Part shown: positions 1 through 9,249 of the stretch, in pieces
Layout: each line of letters opens with the position of its first letter
Position numbering within the stretch: position 1 is the first letter of the stretch
From: Candidatus Kapaibacterium sp.
GTDB taxonomy: Bacteria; Bacteroidota; Ignavibacteria; Kapaibacteriales; UBA2268
DNA: 64,000 nt
Reading direction: 5' to 3'
NCBI GenBank assembly: GCA_963664875.1
Contig: OY761611.1
Location: forward strand, 3,456,001 to 3,520,000
The notes under the pieces: generated by a model
What the model was told of the DNA's origin: nothing
The model's database searches: none
What the model saw: the letters and a program-made list of their open reading frames with translations, nothing else
Program-made: the position numbers and the translations under genes

Positions 1-724
1 ACCAGTGCAATCCTGTATCTTCCCAGTAATAACTTCTCTTCCAGTTTTCCATTTTCATAACGCTCATATCACAAAATAGGGGAGAGCCATCAGCTTTTTT
101 GCCAAGCCAGCCCTCACTGTTAATCATATAAGCCATTTCGCCTATAGTCATACCATGGATATAGGGCACAGGCACGATACTGACAAACGAAGAAAACGCA
201 TCTTCTACGATATTGCCATCGACATTTTTACCATTGAGAGGATTGGGTCTATCTAAAACAATCATTTGTTTGGAATGCTCCGCACAAGCCTGCATCACAT
301 AAAACAAAGTGGAGATATAGGTATAAGAGCGAACACCGACATCTTGCATATCAACAAGTAAAATATCGCACTTATCTAATATTTCCTTAGTAGGTTTTTT
401 GAGTTTTCCGTAAAGAGATACCACCGGAGTATTAAATAGCTTTTCGTTGGACACATCTTTTCCGGCAGCTACAGAGGTATAAAAGCCGTGTTCGGGAGCA
501 AAAATTACTGAAAGATTGAGTTCGGGATGCGAAGCCAAAATTTCAGCGGTAAGTTTTCCCTTTGAGTTCCTTCCGGAATTATTAGAAAGTAGCCCGATTC
601 TTTTTCCCTTAAGCATGGAGGTATGATATTTAAGCAAAACATCAATACCGGGAAGAGTGTTTTGAGCAACAGAGTCGATATTGCAACATAAAATAACGAT
701 TAGTAATGCAAGTAGATGTCTCAT
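1..724 (-). CDS. DUF1343 / exo-beta-N-acetylmuramidase NamZ (YbbC) family protein, 3' end outside window
   Basis: Not in the ORF track; manual translation from ATG at 724 gives MRHLLALLIVILCCNIDSVAQNTLPGIDVLL...KGKRIGLLSNNSG...IFAPEHGF and later DMQDVGVRSYTY and LDRPNP, the hallmark DUF1343 motifs. Confidence 0.85.
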   Translation of the reverse strand, partial: MRHLLALLIVILCCNIDSVAQNTLPGIDVLLKYHTSMLKGKRIGLLSNNSGRNSKGKLTAEILASHPELNLSVIFAPEHGFYTSVAAGKDVSNEKLFNTPVVSLYGKLKKPTKEILDKCDILLVDMQDVGVRSYTYISTLFYVMQACAEHSKQMIVLDRPNPLNGKNVDGNIVEDAFSSFVSIVPVPYIHGMTIGEMAYMINSEGWLGKKADGSPLFCDMSVMKMENWKRSYYWEDTGLHW

Positions 725-1885
725 TTATTTCTTTTTCAAAAGATTTTTGATAAATTTAATTTGTTGTTTTGCCTTATCGTGCGAATCAAGATAGTCATCA
801 AGTTCGAGCACTTCCTCATAGGTTTTTATAGATTCTTTCAGCTTTTTTTGTGCAAGCTGTATTTCCGCAATGTGCATATAAGCCTTGACCGCAAATCCTG
901 AATCTTCTTCATCTAAGAAGTTAGAGCCTTCGATTGTCTTTCTGAGATATTTTTCTGCAGTAACGTAATCGTTGCTGCGTTTGAGCGAATAACCAACATA
1001 ATAGAATGCTTCTCTTGCTGTCCTATTGTCATATCCTTCAACTTTAGCAATACATTTTTTTGCAATATCTCTCCATTCTTTTTCGAACTCGTCCCACTCG
1101 CCAAGTCTAACGAGAGCACGCGCATAGAATCTATGGAAAAAAGCATTCCTTGGATATCTTTCATGTAATGATTTCGAAGTAACTTTAGCTAACTGCCAAT
1201 CTTCTTCGAACTGATGATAAATTTGCATTAGAATTACTTCCGCTTCGAGCTTAGTGTAGCGAGCATGCAAAGAAGAAGCGCGCAATTGTAACAGCCCGAG
1301 CCTTTTATCTCCACTAGGGAAAAAAAGCAAAGCAGGTTTCAAATAAGGATATTTCTCGGGTATAGCTGCTGCAAAGTAATTGTAAATCCCGGTTCCCAGC
1401 ATAATATCATAATTATTAGGAGCTTTTTCAATGCAGGCAATCAGAAGATTGTAAGCATCTCTGCCATCGGCAGCCGCTTTCAGCCATTCTTTTTCTTGGG
1501 TATAATATTGTGCTCTATAGCCAACAGCACCGCCTTTGAAAAAGAGCGCACGAATATCGGTGGGGTTTTCATCTAATAATTTATCGCAGACTGAAACTAC
1601 TTTGTCAATTTTTTCTAAAAATATTGGGTCGTAGTATTTAGTGCCTCGGTTCAGTTTAAGTTTCCACCAATACACAAGAGATTCAAGGAAATAGCCAGCA
1701 GGGTGTTCCGGGTAAAGCTCAACTACTTTACTAAAAGCAACTTCAGCACTATCAAATTCAACATTATATATATAATCTAATCCCTTAAGCACAAGGCTGT
1801 CAGCGTCCTTTTTGAGTAAAGCCCACTGCGCCTGGGTAAGCGTGGGGATTAACATCAAAAAGAGTATTATCGTGATTTTTTTCAT
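725..1885 (-). CDS. Secreted tetratricopeptide-repeat protein
   Basis: N-terminal signal peptide; helical TPR-like repeats (AEVAFSKVVELYPEHP, AFYYVGYSL, SIKTYEEVLEL). Confidence 0.75.
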   Translation of the reverse strand: MKKITIILFLMLIPTLTQAQWALLKKDADSLVLKGLDYIYNVEFDSAEVAFSKVVELYPEHPAGYFLESLVYWWKLKLNRGTKYYDPIFLEKIDKVVSVCDKLLDENPTDIRALFFKGGAVGYRAQYYTQEKEWLKAAADGRDAYNLLIACIEKAPNNYDIMLGTGIYNYFAAAIPEKYPYLKPALLFFPSGDKRLGLLQLRASSLHARYTKLEAEVILMQIYHQFEEDWQLAKVTSKSLHERYPRNAFFHRFYARALVRLGEWDEFEKEWRDIAKKCIAKVEGYDNRTAREAFYYVGYSLKRSNDYVTAEKYLRKTIEGSNFLDEEDSGFAVKAYMHIAEIQLAQKKLKESIKTYEEVLELDDYLDSHDKAKQQIKFIKNLLKKK

Positions 1886-2002
1886 ATCAAAAGTTTGGAG
1901 TTAATTACTAAGTTTAAGTACCGCAATATAGTAAAAGATAAATGACATTGTTTCGGTTTATTATTACAATTCTAACCAGGAATAGCTAAGCATTTATTGT
2001 TT

Positions 2003-2890
2003 CTATTTTGACAATATATTTTCTACATAACTAATATCAAATCCAAGTATTTCTGCAATTTGAGTTTTCGAAAAACCGGAATTGTGAAGTTTATTTATGG
2101 TATTGATGTTGGCTTCTTTTCTACCTTCTTCAATTCCCTCAACAAAACCTTCCTCATAACCTTCATCATGAGCGGTATCGAGAGAATTTTTCAAATCACG
2201 ATAATGTTTCAAACTTTCTTCGTATGATTTGGCTTGTTCAGGAGTAAATCGAGCAATTTCAGCTGTTTCAAATAGCTTAAGGAATATTTTCTCTCTGAGT
2301 TTCTCCGGAATATTGTCCAATCTGGTCATGTTTTTCAAAACATAAAGCCATTTATCAAAGCGAGTTTCTAACTCATCTACTGACTTATTGAATTTAGGCA
2401 TTTCTAAATATATAAATGTCAATTTATCGTAGAAAACTTTATGTGTTTCTATGTCAGATAACTTCACATCGTATCTGAATTTATCAGGTTGGTCTTTGTC
2501 TTCATCAAAAACAAAATCTAAAATTGCAATCGTGTAAACCGCCTTTAGTTCAAAATTCCAATCATTCCTTTTTGCCTGCTCGGTGATAGGGAAGGTGGAA
2601 TAGTAAACAGTTCTGTCTTTAAAGAAATTCTGCTTTGTTTTTTGGAGCTCTACTATAAACTTTTCACCTTTTTCATTTTCGCAGTAAAGATCAAAAATAG
2701 CTTTTCTGTCCATATCCGTCGAACCAAGATGCTCATTTTTTAAATAAGTGAGTTCCTTGATTTCTCCCTGCTCTTCACGCAAAAGTTCGCTAAGGAAGTC
2801 TTTAAGCAAATCCTTATTAGGCTCTTCACCGAAAAGCTTTTTGAAACCATAATCCGTAAACGGGTTTATATATTTTTCTGTTAGGTACAT
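2003..2890 (-). CDS. Rpn family recombination-promoting nuclease / PD-(D/E)XK nuclease family 2, copy A
   Basis: INPFTDYGFKKLFG, IFDLYCEN...IVELQK, FIYLEMPKF motifs and EG-rich coiled C-terminus; true start MYLTEK at 2890. Confidence 0.9.
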   Translation of the reverse strand: MYLTEKYINPFTDYGFKKLFGEEPNKDLLKDFLSELLREEQGEIKELTYLKNEHLGSTDMDRKAIFDLYCENEKGEKFIVELQKTKQNFFKDRTVYYSTFPITEQAKRNDWNFELKAVYTIAILDFVFDEDKDQPDKFRYDVKLSDIETHKVFYDKLTFIYLEMPKFNKSVDELETRFDKWLYVLKNMTRLDNIPEKLREKIFLKLFETAEIARFTPEQAKSYEESLKHYRDLKNSLDTAHDEGYEEGFVEGIEEGRKEANINTINKLHNSGFSKTQIAEILGFDISYVENILSK

Positions 2891-2894
2891 ATTA

Positions 2895-3788
2895 CTACTT
2901 CGCTTTAGATAAAATAATTCGAACAATTTCAAAATCAATTTTAGTGAGCTTAGCTATGTCCTCGATATCCATACCTGAATTATGCAAATTTATTATTATT
3001 TCTTTTCTACCTTCTTCAATTCCTAACTTAATGCCTTCCTCGATTCCTTCCTCATATCCTTCTTCGTGTGCTGTATCGAGAGAATTTTTCAAATCACGGT
3101 AATGCTTCAAGCTTTCTTCGTAGGATTTGGCTTGTTCCGGAGTAAATCGAGCAATCTCTGCTGTTTCAAATAGCTTGAGGAATATTTTTTCTCTGAGTTT
3201 TTCGGGTATATTGTCCAATCTGGTCATATTTTTCAAAACATAAAGCCATTTATCAAAGCGAGTTTCTAACTCATCAACTGATTTATTGAACTTAGGCATC
3301 TCTAAATATATAAATGTTAATTTATCGTAGAAAACTTTATGCGTTTCTATATCTGATAACTTCACATCGTATCTAAATTTATCAGGTTGGTCTTTGTCTT
3401 CATCAAAAACAAAATCTAAAATTGCAATCGTGTAAACCGCCTTAAGTTCAAAATTCCAATCGTTTCTTTTTGCCTGCTCGGTGATAGGGAAGGTGGAGTA
3501 GTAAACAGTTCTGTCTTTAAAAAAATTCTGCTTTGTTTTTTGGAGCTCTACTATAAACTTTTCACCTTTTTCATTTTCACAGTAAAGATCAAAAATAGCT
3601 TTTCTGTCCATATCAGTCGAACCAAGATGCTCATTTTTCAAATAAGTGAGTTCCTTGATTTCTCCCTGCTCTTCACGCAAAAGCTCGCTAAGAAAATCTT
3701 TAAGCAAATCCTTATTAGGCTCTTCGCCAAATAGCTTTTTGAAACCATAATCCGTAAACGGGTTTATATATTTTTCTGTTAAGTACAT
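2895..3788 (-). CDS. Rpn family PD-(D/E)XK nuclease, copy B
   Basis: Same motifs as copy A; start MYLTEK at 3788. Confidence 0.9.
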   Translation of the reverse strand: MYLTEKYINPFTDYGFKKLFGEEPNKDLLKDFLSELLREEQGEIKELTYLKNEHLGSTDMDRKAIFDLYCENEKGEKFIVELQKTKQNFFKDRTVYYSTFPITEQAKRNDWNFELKAVYTIAILDFVFDEDKDQPDKFRYDVKLSDIETHKVFYDKLTFIYLEMPKFNKSVDELETRFDKWLYVLKNMTRLDNIPEKLREKIFLKLFETAEIARFTPEQAKSYEESLKHYRDLKNSLDTAHEEGYEEGIEEGIKLGIEEGRKEIIINLHNSGMDIEDIAKLTKIDFEIVRIILSKAK

Positions 3789-3792
3789 ATTA

Positions 3793-4674
3793 CTACTTCG
3801 CATTAGATAATATATTTTGAACAGTTTCGATATCAATTTTAGTGAGCTTAGCTATGTCCTCGATATCCATACCTGAATTATGCAAATTTATTATTATTTC
3901 TTTTCTACCTTCTTCAATTCCCTCAACAAAACCTTCCTCATATCCTTCATCATGAGCGGTATCGAGAGAATTTTTCAAATCACGATAATGTTTCAAACTT
4001 TCTTCGTAGGATTTGGCTTGTTCCGGAGTAAATCGAGCAATCTCAGCTGTTTCAAATAGCTTAAGGAATATTTTCTCTCTGAGTTTTTCGGGTATATTGT
4101 CCAATCTGGTCATATTTTTCAAAACATAAAGCCATTTATCAAAGCGAGTTTCTAACTCATCAACTGATTTATTGAACTTAGGCATCTCTAAATATATAAA
4201 TGTTAATTTATCGTAGAAAACTTTATGCGTTTCTATATCTGATAACTTCACATCGTATCTAAATTTATCAGGTTGGTCTTTGTCTTCATCAAAAACAAAA
4301 TCTAAAATTGCAATCGTGTAAACCGCCTTTAGTTCAAAATTCCAATCATTCTTTTTTGCCTGCTCGGTGATAGGGAATGTGGAATAGTAAACTGTTCTGT
4401 CTTTAAAGAAATTCTGCTTTGTTTTTTGAAGCTCGACAATAAACTTTTCACCTTTTTCATTTTCACAGTAAAGATCAAAAATAGCTTTTCTGTCCATATC
4501 AGTCGAACCAAGATGCTCATTTTTCAAATAAGTGAGTTCCTTGATTTCACCCTGCTCTTCACGCAAAAGCTCGCTAAGGAAGTCTTTCAGCAAATCCTTA
4601 TTAGGCTCTTCACCGAAAAGCTTTTTGAAACCATAATCCGTAAACGGGTTTATATATTTTTCTGTTAGGTACAT
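3793..4674 (-). CDS. Rpn family PD-(D/E)XK nuclease, copy C
   Basis: Same motifs; start MYLTEK at 4674; one R>K change (QAKKND) in the core. Confidence 0.9.
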   Translation of the reverse strand: MYLTEKYINPFTDYGFKKLFGEEPNKDLLKDFLSELLREEQGEIKELTYLKNEHLGSTDMDRKAIFDLYCENEKGEKFIVELQKTKQNFFKDRTVYYSTFPITEQAKKNDWNFELKAVYTIAILDFVFDEDKDQPDKFRYDVKLSDIETHKVFYDKLTFIYLEMPKFNKSVDELETRFDKWLYVLKNMTRLDNIPEKLREKIFLKLFETAEIARFTPEQAKSYEESLKHYRDLKNSLDTAHDEGYEEGFVEGIEEGRKEIIINLHNSGMDIEDIAKLTKIDIETVQNILSNAK

Positions 4675-4678
4675 ATTA

Positions 4679-5005
4679 CTACTTCGCATTAGATAATATA
4701 TTTTGAACAGTTTCGATATCAATTTTAGTGAGCTTAGCTATGTCCTCGATATCCATACCTGAATTATGCAAATTTATTATTATTTCTTTTCTACCTTCTT
4801 CAATTCCCTCTTTTCTTCCCTCTTCAATTCCCTCTTTTCTACCTTCTTCAATTCCCTCAACAAATCCCTCTTCATATCCTTCCTCATGTGCGGTATCGAG
4901 AGAATTTTTTAGATCACGGTAATGCTTCAAGCTCTCTTCGCTGGATTTGGCCTGTTCAGGAGTAAATCGAGCAATTTCAGCTGTTTCTTTTTCTGTTAGA
5001 TACAT
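4679..5005 (-). CDS. Rpn-derived short protein (nuclease domain deleted in frame; C-terminal module only), copy D
   Basis: MYLTEK fused directly to ETAEIARFTPEQ...; intact ORF of 108 aa. Confidence 0.75.
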   Translation of the reverse strand: MYLTEKETAEIARFTPEQAKSSEESLKHYRDLKNSLDTAHEEGYEEGFVEGIEEGRKEGIEEGRKEGIEEGRKEIIINLHNSGMDIEDIAKLTKIDIETVQNILSNAK

Positions 5006-5008
5006 TTA

Positions 5009-5950
5009 CTACTTCGCTTTAGATAATATATTTTGAACAGTTTCGATATCAATTTTAGTGAAATTAGATATGTTCTCAATATCCATACCTGAATTATGTA
5101 AATTAATTATTATTTCTTTTCTTCCTTCTTCAATCCCTTCTTTCCTTCCCTCTTCAATTCCCTCTTTTCTTCCTTCTTCAATTCCTAACTTAATGCCTTC
5201 CTCGATTCCCTCTTCATATCCTTCATCATGAGCGGTATCGAGCGAATTTTTCAAATCACGGTAATGCTTCAAACTTTCTTCGTAGGATTTGGCTTGTTCC
5301 GGAGTAAACCGAGCTATCTCAGCTGTTTCAAATAGCTTAAGGAATATTTTTTCTCTTAGTTTTTCGGGAATATTGTCCAATCTGGTCATGTTTTTCAAAA
5401 CATAAAGCCATTTATCAAAGCGAGTTTCTAACTCATCTACTGACTTATTGAATTTAGGCATTTCTAAATATATAAATGTCAATTTATCGTAGAAAACTTT
5501 ATGCGTTTCTATATCTGATAACTTCACATCGTATCTGAATTTATCAGGCTGGTCTTTGTCTTCATCAAAAACAAAATCTAAAATTGCAATTGTGTAAACT
5601 GCCTTTAGTTCAAAATTCCAATCATTTCTTTTTGCCTGCTCTGTGATAGGGAAGGTGGAATAGTAAACAGTTCTGTCTTTAAAGAAATTCTGCTTTGTTT
5701 TTTGGAGCTCAACAATAAACTTTTCACCCTTTTCATTTTCGCAATAAAGATCAAAAATAGCTTTTCTGTCCATATCCGTCGAACCAAGATGCTCATTTTT
5801 CAAATAAGTGAGTTCCTTGATTTCACCCTGCTCTTCACGCAAAAGCTCACTAAGGAAGTCTTTAAGCAAATCCTTATTGGGCTCTTCACCAAATAGCTTT
5901 TTGAAACCATAATCCGTAAACGGATTTATATATTTTTCTGTTAGGTACAT
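5009..5950 (-). CDS. Rpn family PD-(D/E)XK nuclease, copy E (first in operon)
   Basis: Same motifs; GGGAG Shine-Dalgarno-like sequence upstream of ATG 5950. Confidence 0.9.
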   Translation of the reverse strand: MYLTEKYINPFTDYGFKKLFGEEPNKDLLKDFLSELLREEQGEIKELTYLKNEHLGSTDMDRKAIFDLYCENEKGEKFIVELQKTKQNFFKDRTVYYSTFPITEQAKRNDWNFELKAVYTIAILDFVFDEDKDQPDKFRYDVKLSDIETHKVFYDKLTFIYLEMPKFNKSVDELETRFDKWLYVLKNMTRLDNIPEKLREKIFLKLFETAEIARFTPEQAKSYEESLKHYRDLKNSLDTAHDEGYEEGIEEGIKLGIEEGRKEGIEEGRKEGIEEGRKEIIINLHNSGMDIENISNFTKIDIETVQNILSKAK

Positions 5951-6047
5951 AAGCCAAAGCTCCCTAAGACACTATTGCAGTTCTTTACTTTATCAAAAAT
6001 ACGATAGAATATCAATACTTATTTTAATTTATTTGTCTCTATCTTAC

Positions 6048-6082
6048 AATACAACCGCAAAGCAATGCCTTACGGTTGTATT
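6048..6082 (-). terminator. Stem-loop downstream of ftsK, upstream of the Rpn array
   Basis: aatacaaccg...cggttgtatt inverted repeat. Confidence 0.45.
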
Positions 6083-6121
6083 ATGTATTTATATAATATG
6101 TACGTATTTCAAATTTAGAAG

Positions 6122-9100
6122 TTATAAAATTGCTTCCAAATCAGATTCGCTTTCCATTAGTACATCTCTGGCTTTACTTCCTGTAAATGGACCAACAACT
6201 CCGGCTGCCTCTAATTCGTCAACTATCCTACCTGCTCTTGCATAACCAACTTTCAACCTTCTCTGTACCAAAGAGACAGAACCCTGTTGATGTCTTATAA
6301 TCAATCGTGCTGCATCTTCAAAAAGCGGATCTCTCCCTGACATATCAAATGCCTGTGTCTCGCCGATTTCTTCATTAAGTGTTGGTAAATAGTATGGCTC
6401 GGAGTACCCTCTCTGATTGCCGATATATTCGCAGATATCATCTACTTCATCTGTATCTATAAAAGAGTTTTGCACTCTTATAGGTTTGATTGTACCCGGA
6501 GGTAAACAAAGCATATCGCCGTTTCCGAGTAGTTTTTCTGCACCAGAGAAGTCAAGGATTGTTCGGGAGTCAATTTTTGTTGCCACCAAATATGCCATAC
6601 GTGCAGGGAAGTTTGCTTTGATTAAACCGGTTATTACATCTACAGATGGACGCTGCGTTGCAATTACCATGTGAATTCCAACGGCTCTCGCCATTTGTGC
6701 TAATCTCGTGATTGGTTCTTCTACTTCCTTGCCTGCAGTAAGCATTAGATCTGCTAACTCGTCTATAACGACAACGATATAAGGTAACGGGCGGTGATCT
6801 ATATCTGTCCGGTCTTTATATTTCCCGTCCAATACCTTTTTGTTGTAATCTTTTATATTTCTGTCTCCGGCTGAAGCGAGTAAATCATACCTTTTTTCCA
6901 TCTCGACAACTGCAGCCTTCAAGATGATTATTGCTTCTTTTGGATCTGTAATTATGGTTGAATTCAAATCAGGAGAAACTGCCATAAAGTGATCTTTCAG
7001 GTGAGAATATTGTTGCAATTCCACCTTTTTCGGGTCAATTATTACAAATTTCAATTCGTGTGGCAATCGTTTATAGAGCAATGAGCAGATAAGCGTATTT
7101 ATACCTACTGATTTACCTGCACCTGTGCTGCCGGCGATTAATACGTGAGGCATTTTTGCTAAATCTACAATATATACTTCACCGGAAATTTGCTTCCCTA
7201 ATGCTAAAGGGAGCTGCATATTATTGTTTTTGAATTTTTCTGATTTTATAACATCTCCAAATCTCACCAGCTGAGGCTCTTGATTCGGGATTTCTATGCC
7301 AACAGTTCCTTTGCCGGGAATAGGTGCTATCACCCTAATACCTCGTGCTTTTAAAGCCATAGCCAGGTCATCTGCAAGCCCTTCTATACGGCTTATTTTG
7401 ATCCCTGCTGCAGGCACAAATTCATATTGTGTTACTACCGGACCTGGAGTTACGCTTAGATTTTCTATAAAGATTTTGAAAGTCTCTAATTTTTCCTGCA
7501 GTATTCTTGCATTGTCTTTTAGTTCCTGCTCGTTTATAGTGTTTGTTCCGTCACCCATTTTGACCAATTCTAATGTCGGTGGAGTGTAGTTTATCTTTTC
7601 GTCGTGGATGTAAGTACTAAGCTTTAGTTTTGGAGCTAATGTCTCTTTCTTCTTTACAGGTCTATATTCTTCATCATCTTCAAACTCATGCACAGTAACA
7701 GTCAAGGCGGGTTTGATTGGAGGTATAGAGCTTTCAGTTTTTTCATATTCAAAGCCTTCTTCTTCCGATGTTTCTTCTTCGTAACTTTGCCAATTCTCTC
7801 CTGTCACAGAATTCGTATCATCTTGATCTGTACCGAATTCGTTTTCATAACGGGTTGATTGAATATTTATATCTAATGGCTTTGCTGTAGATGATTCGTA
7901 TGGAGTTTCTGTTTCTTCAATTTCTTCATTTGCAAAGTCAGCATCATATTTGAATTCGAAACTTTCTGCTCTTTGGTTATTTGAATTTGATTTTGTCTGT
8001 AAATTTTGCAAGATATCTCTTGCTGATAATTTTAGTTTTTTCTGTTGAGAAGTTGCTTCCCGGTTAGCTTGCGGTGCCGCTGTTTCTTCGTCTCTAACTG
8101 CTTGCCCTCTTGGTTGTAATGGTTCGCGCTGTTGTTCTTCGCTGAAGCTATCCACAACGGGCTTGTTGATTGTTGTTCTGATTAGCCTTGCCGGTTCTAC
8201 ACTTTGATTGCTAATGATAGACTCTCTTTGTTGCTCTTTTGTTTTTTGAGCTACACTTTTTGCTTCATTTTTTTCTGGCTCTGCGCTTTTATTGATGATG
8301 TAGTTAGTTTCTTTTCTTTCTTCAGTAACCGGACTTTCGGTTTCAGATTCCTCGTATTCATCATCTATATCGTCTATATAGTCATCATCTAATCTTGTTA
8401 TGTTCACTTCTTCTTTTGATTTTTTTGCAGCGCTTGCATTGTTAAGTTTTTCTCGTAATATTTCTTTGCCGCTGCCTACTATTTCTTCCGTTTTCGAAAG
8501 AAATATACTTATTACTTTATCAATTTTGATATCTGTTCCAAGTATTACAGTTACTACAATCGCAGCTAAATATATCAATATAGAGCCAATAATTCCTACT
8601 ATGCTGATAGTTATCGAAGACAGAAACTCCCCGATAAAACCATACCACTCATGGCTTAAATCTACAAACAAGGATGTATTTTGCAAAGTTGCAAAAAATG
8701 CTGAAAAGAGTAAGCCAAGTATCAGATAAACTGTAGTGTGTTTGATCCATTTATCCTCAATTTCTTCGCCCTGAAACATAAACTTTGCAAATATGACTAT
8801 AAAAAAAGGAATGCCAAAGCTCGGATAGCCAAATGTTGAATTAAAAAAGAAATCTGAAAGCCAAGCTCCTACTATACCTAACCAGTTATGAATAAGCACA
8901 GGAGCACCTCCGCCAAATGCCATATCCATAAATCCGGAAAAGCCTAATGTCAAATATCTTTGGTCTATTTTCGAATGAGACAGCATTGATAGTATTATAA
9001 ACACTGATATTAGCATCAGCATTATAGATATTACTTTTGTTTGAGTGCTTACTTCGCTCTTTTTGCGTTTAGGTGCAGAAGAGTTGTTCTTTTTCGGATT

Positions 9101-9145
9101 TTTCTTTTTTATTCGATTTAGAACAATGTCGTCGTTATTAGGCAT
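6122..9145 (-). CDS. ftsK: DNA translocase FtsK
   Basis: N-terminal TM segments, long acidic linker, MPHVLIAGSTGAGKS Walker A, IDELADLM, ATQRPSVDVITGLIKANFP, gamma domain QRRLKVGYARAGRIVD. Confidence 0.97.
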   Translation of the reverse strand: MPNNDDIVLNRIKKKNPKKNNSSAPKRKKSEVSTQTKVISIMLMLISVFIILSMLSHSKIDQRYLTLGFSGFMDMAFGGGAPVLIHNWLGIVGAWLSDFFFNSTFGYPSFGIPFFIVIFAKFMFQGEEIEDKWIKHTTVYLILGLLFSAFFATLQNTSLFVDLSHEWYGFIGEFLSSITISIVGIIGSILIYLAAIVVTVILGTDIKIDKVISIFLSKTEEIVGSGKEILREKLNNASAAKKSKEEVNITRLDDDYIDDIDDEYEESETESPVTEERKETNYIINKSAEPEKNEAKSVAQKTKEQQRESIISNQSVEPARLIRTTINKPVVDSFSEEQQREPLQPRGQAVRDEETAAPQANREATSQQKKLKLSARDILQNLQTKSNSNNQRAESFEFKYDADFANEEIEETETPYESSTAKPLDINIQSTRYENEFGTDQDDTNSVTGENWQSYEEETSEEEGFEYEKTESSIPPIKPALTVTVHEFEDDEEYRPVKKKETLAPKLKLSTYIHDEKINYTPPTLELVKMGDGTNTINEQELKDNARILQEKLETFKIFIENLSVTPGPVVTQYEFVPAAGIKISRIEGLADDLAMALKARGIRVIAPIPGKGTVGIEIPNQEPQLVRFGDVIKSEKFKNNNMQLPLALGKQISGEVYIVDLAKMPHVLIAGSTGAGKSVGINTLICSLLYKRLPHELKFVIIDPKKVELQQYSHLKDHFMAVSPDLNSTIITDPKEAIIILKAAVVEMEKRYDLLASAGDRNIKDYNKKVLDGKYKDRTDIDHRPLPYIVVVIDELADLMLTAGKEVEEPITRLAQMARAVGIHMVIATQRPSVDVITGLIKANFPARMAYLVATKIDSRTILDFSGAEKLLGNGDMLCLPPGTIKPIRVQNSFIDTDEVDDICEYIGNQRGYSEPYYLPTLNEEIGETQAFDMSGRDPLFEDAARLIIRHQQGSVSLVQRRLKVGYARAGRIVDELEAAGVVGPFTGSKARDVLMESESDLEAIL

Positions 9146-9249
9146 TTTTTCCCCCCAGAATAAAATGCTTGTGCAACAATGTATTTAATATATTATGTCA
9201 ATATATAAATAATAACAAAATTAGTCAAAAGATTATATGATTTATATCA

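Larger units (their letters stand above)
2003..5950 (-). repeat. Tandem direct repeat array of about 0.9-kb gene-sized units (4 full plus 1 internally deleted)
   Basis: Near-identical nucleotide blocks; junctions GCGAAG-TAG-TAA-(T)-ATG with 3-4 nt between ORFs. Confidence 0.95.

Noticed and set aside
2890-4722. N-terminal extensions (MISKLFKIYY..., MILKLFELFY...) on Rpn copies in the ORF track
   Set aside because: They overlap the upstream copy's tail in another frame; copy E shows that the real start is MYLTEK
5003-5011. In-frame TAG-TAA-ATG junction suggesting readthrough fusion of copies E and D
   Set aside because: Two consecutive stops make readthrough implausible; TAG is used as a normal stop elsewhere in the window
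2003-5950. Rpn array as IS elements, CRISPR or DGR
   Set aside because: No terminal inverted repeats, target duplications or spacers; no reverse transcriptase in the window; variation is block-wise and mostly synonymous rather than adenine-specific
7650-8450. Long acidic low-complexity stretch in ftsK
   Set aside because: Normal variable FtsK linker
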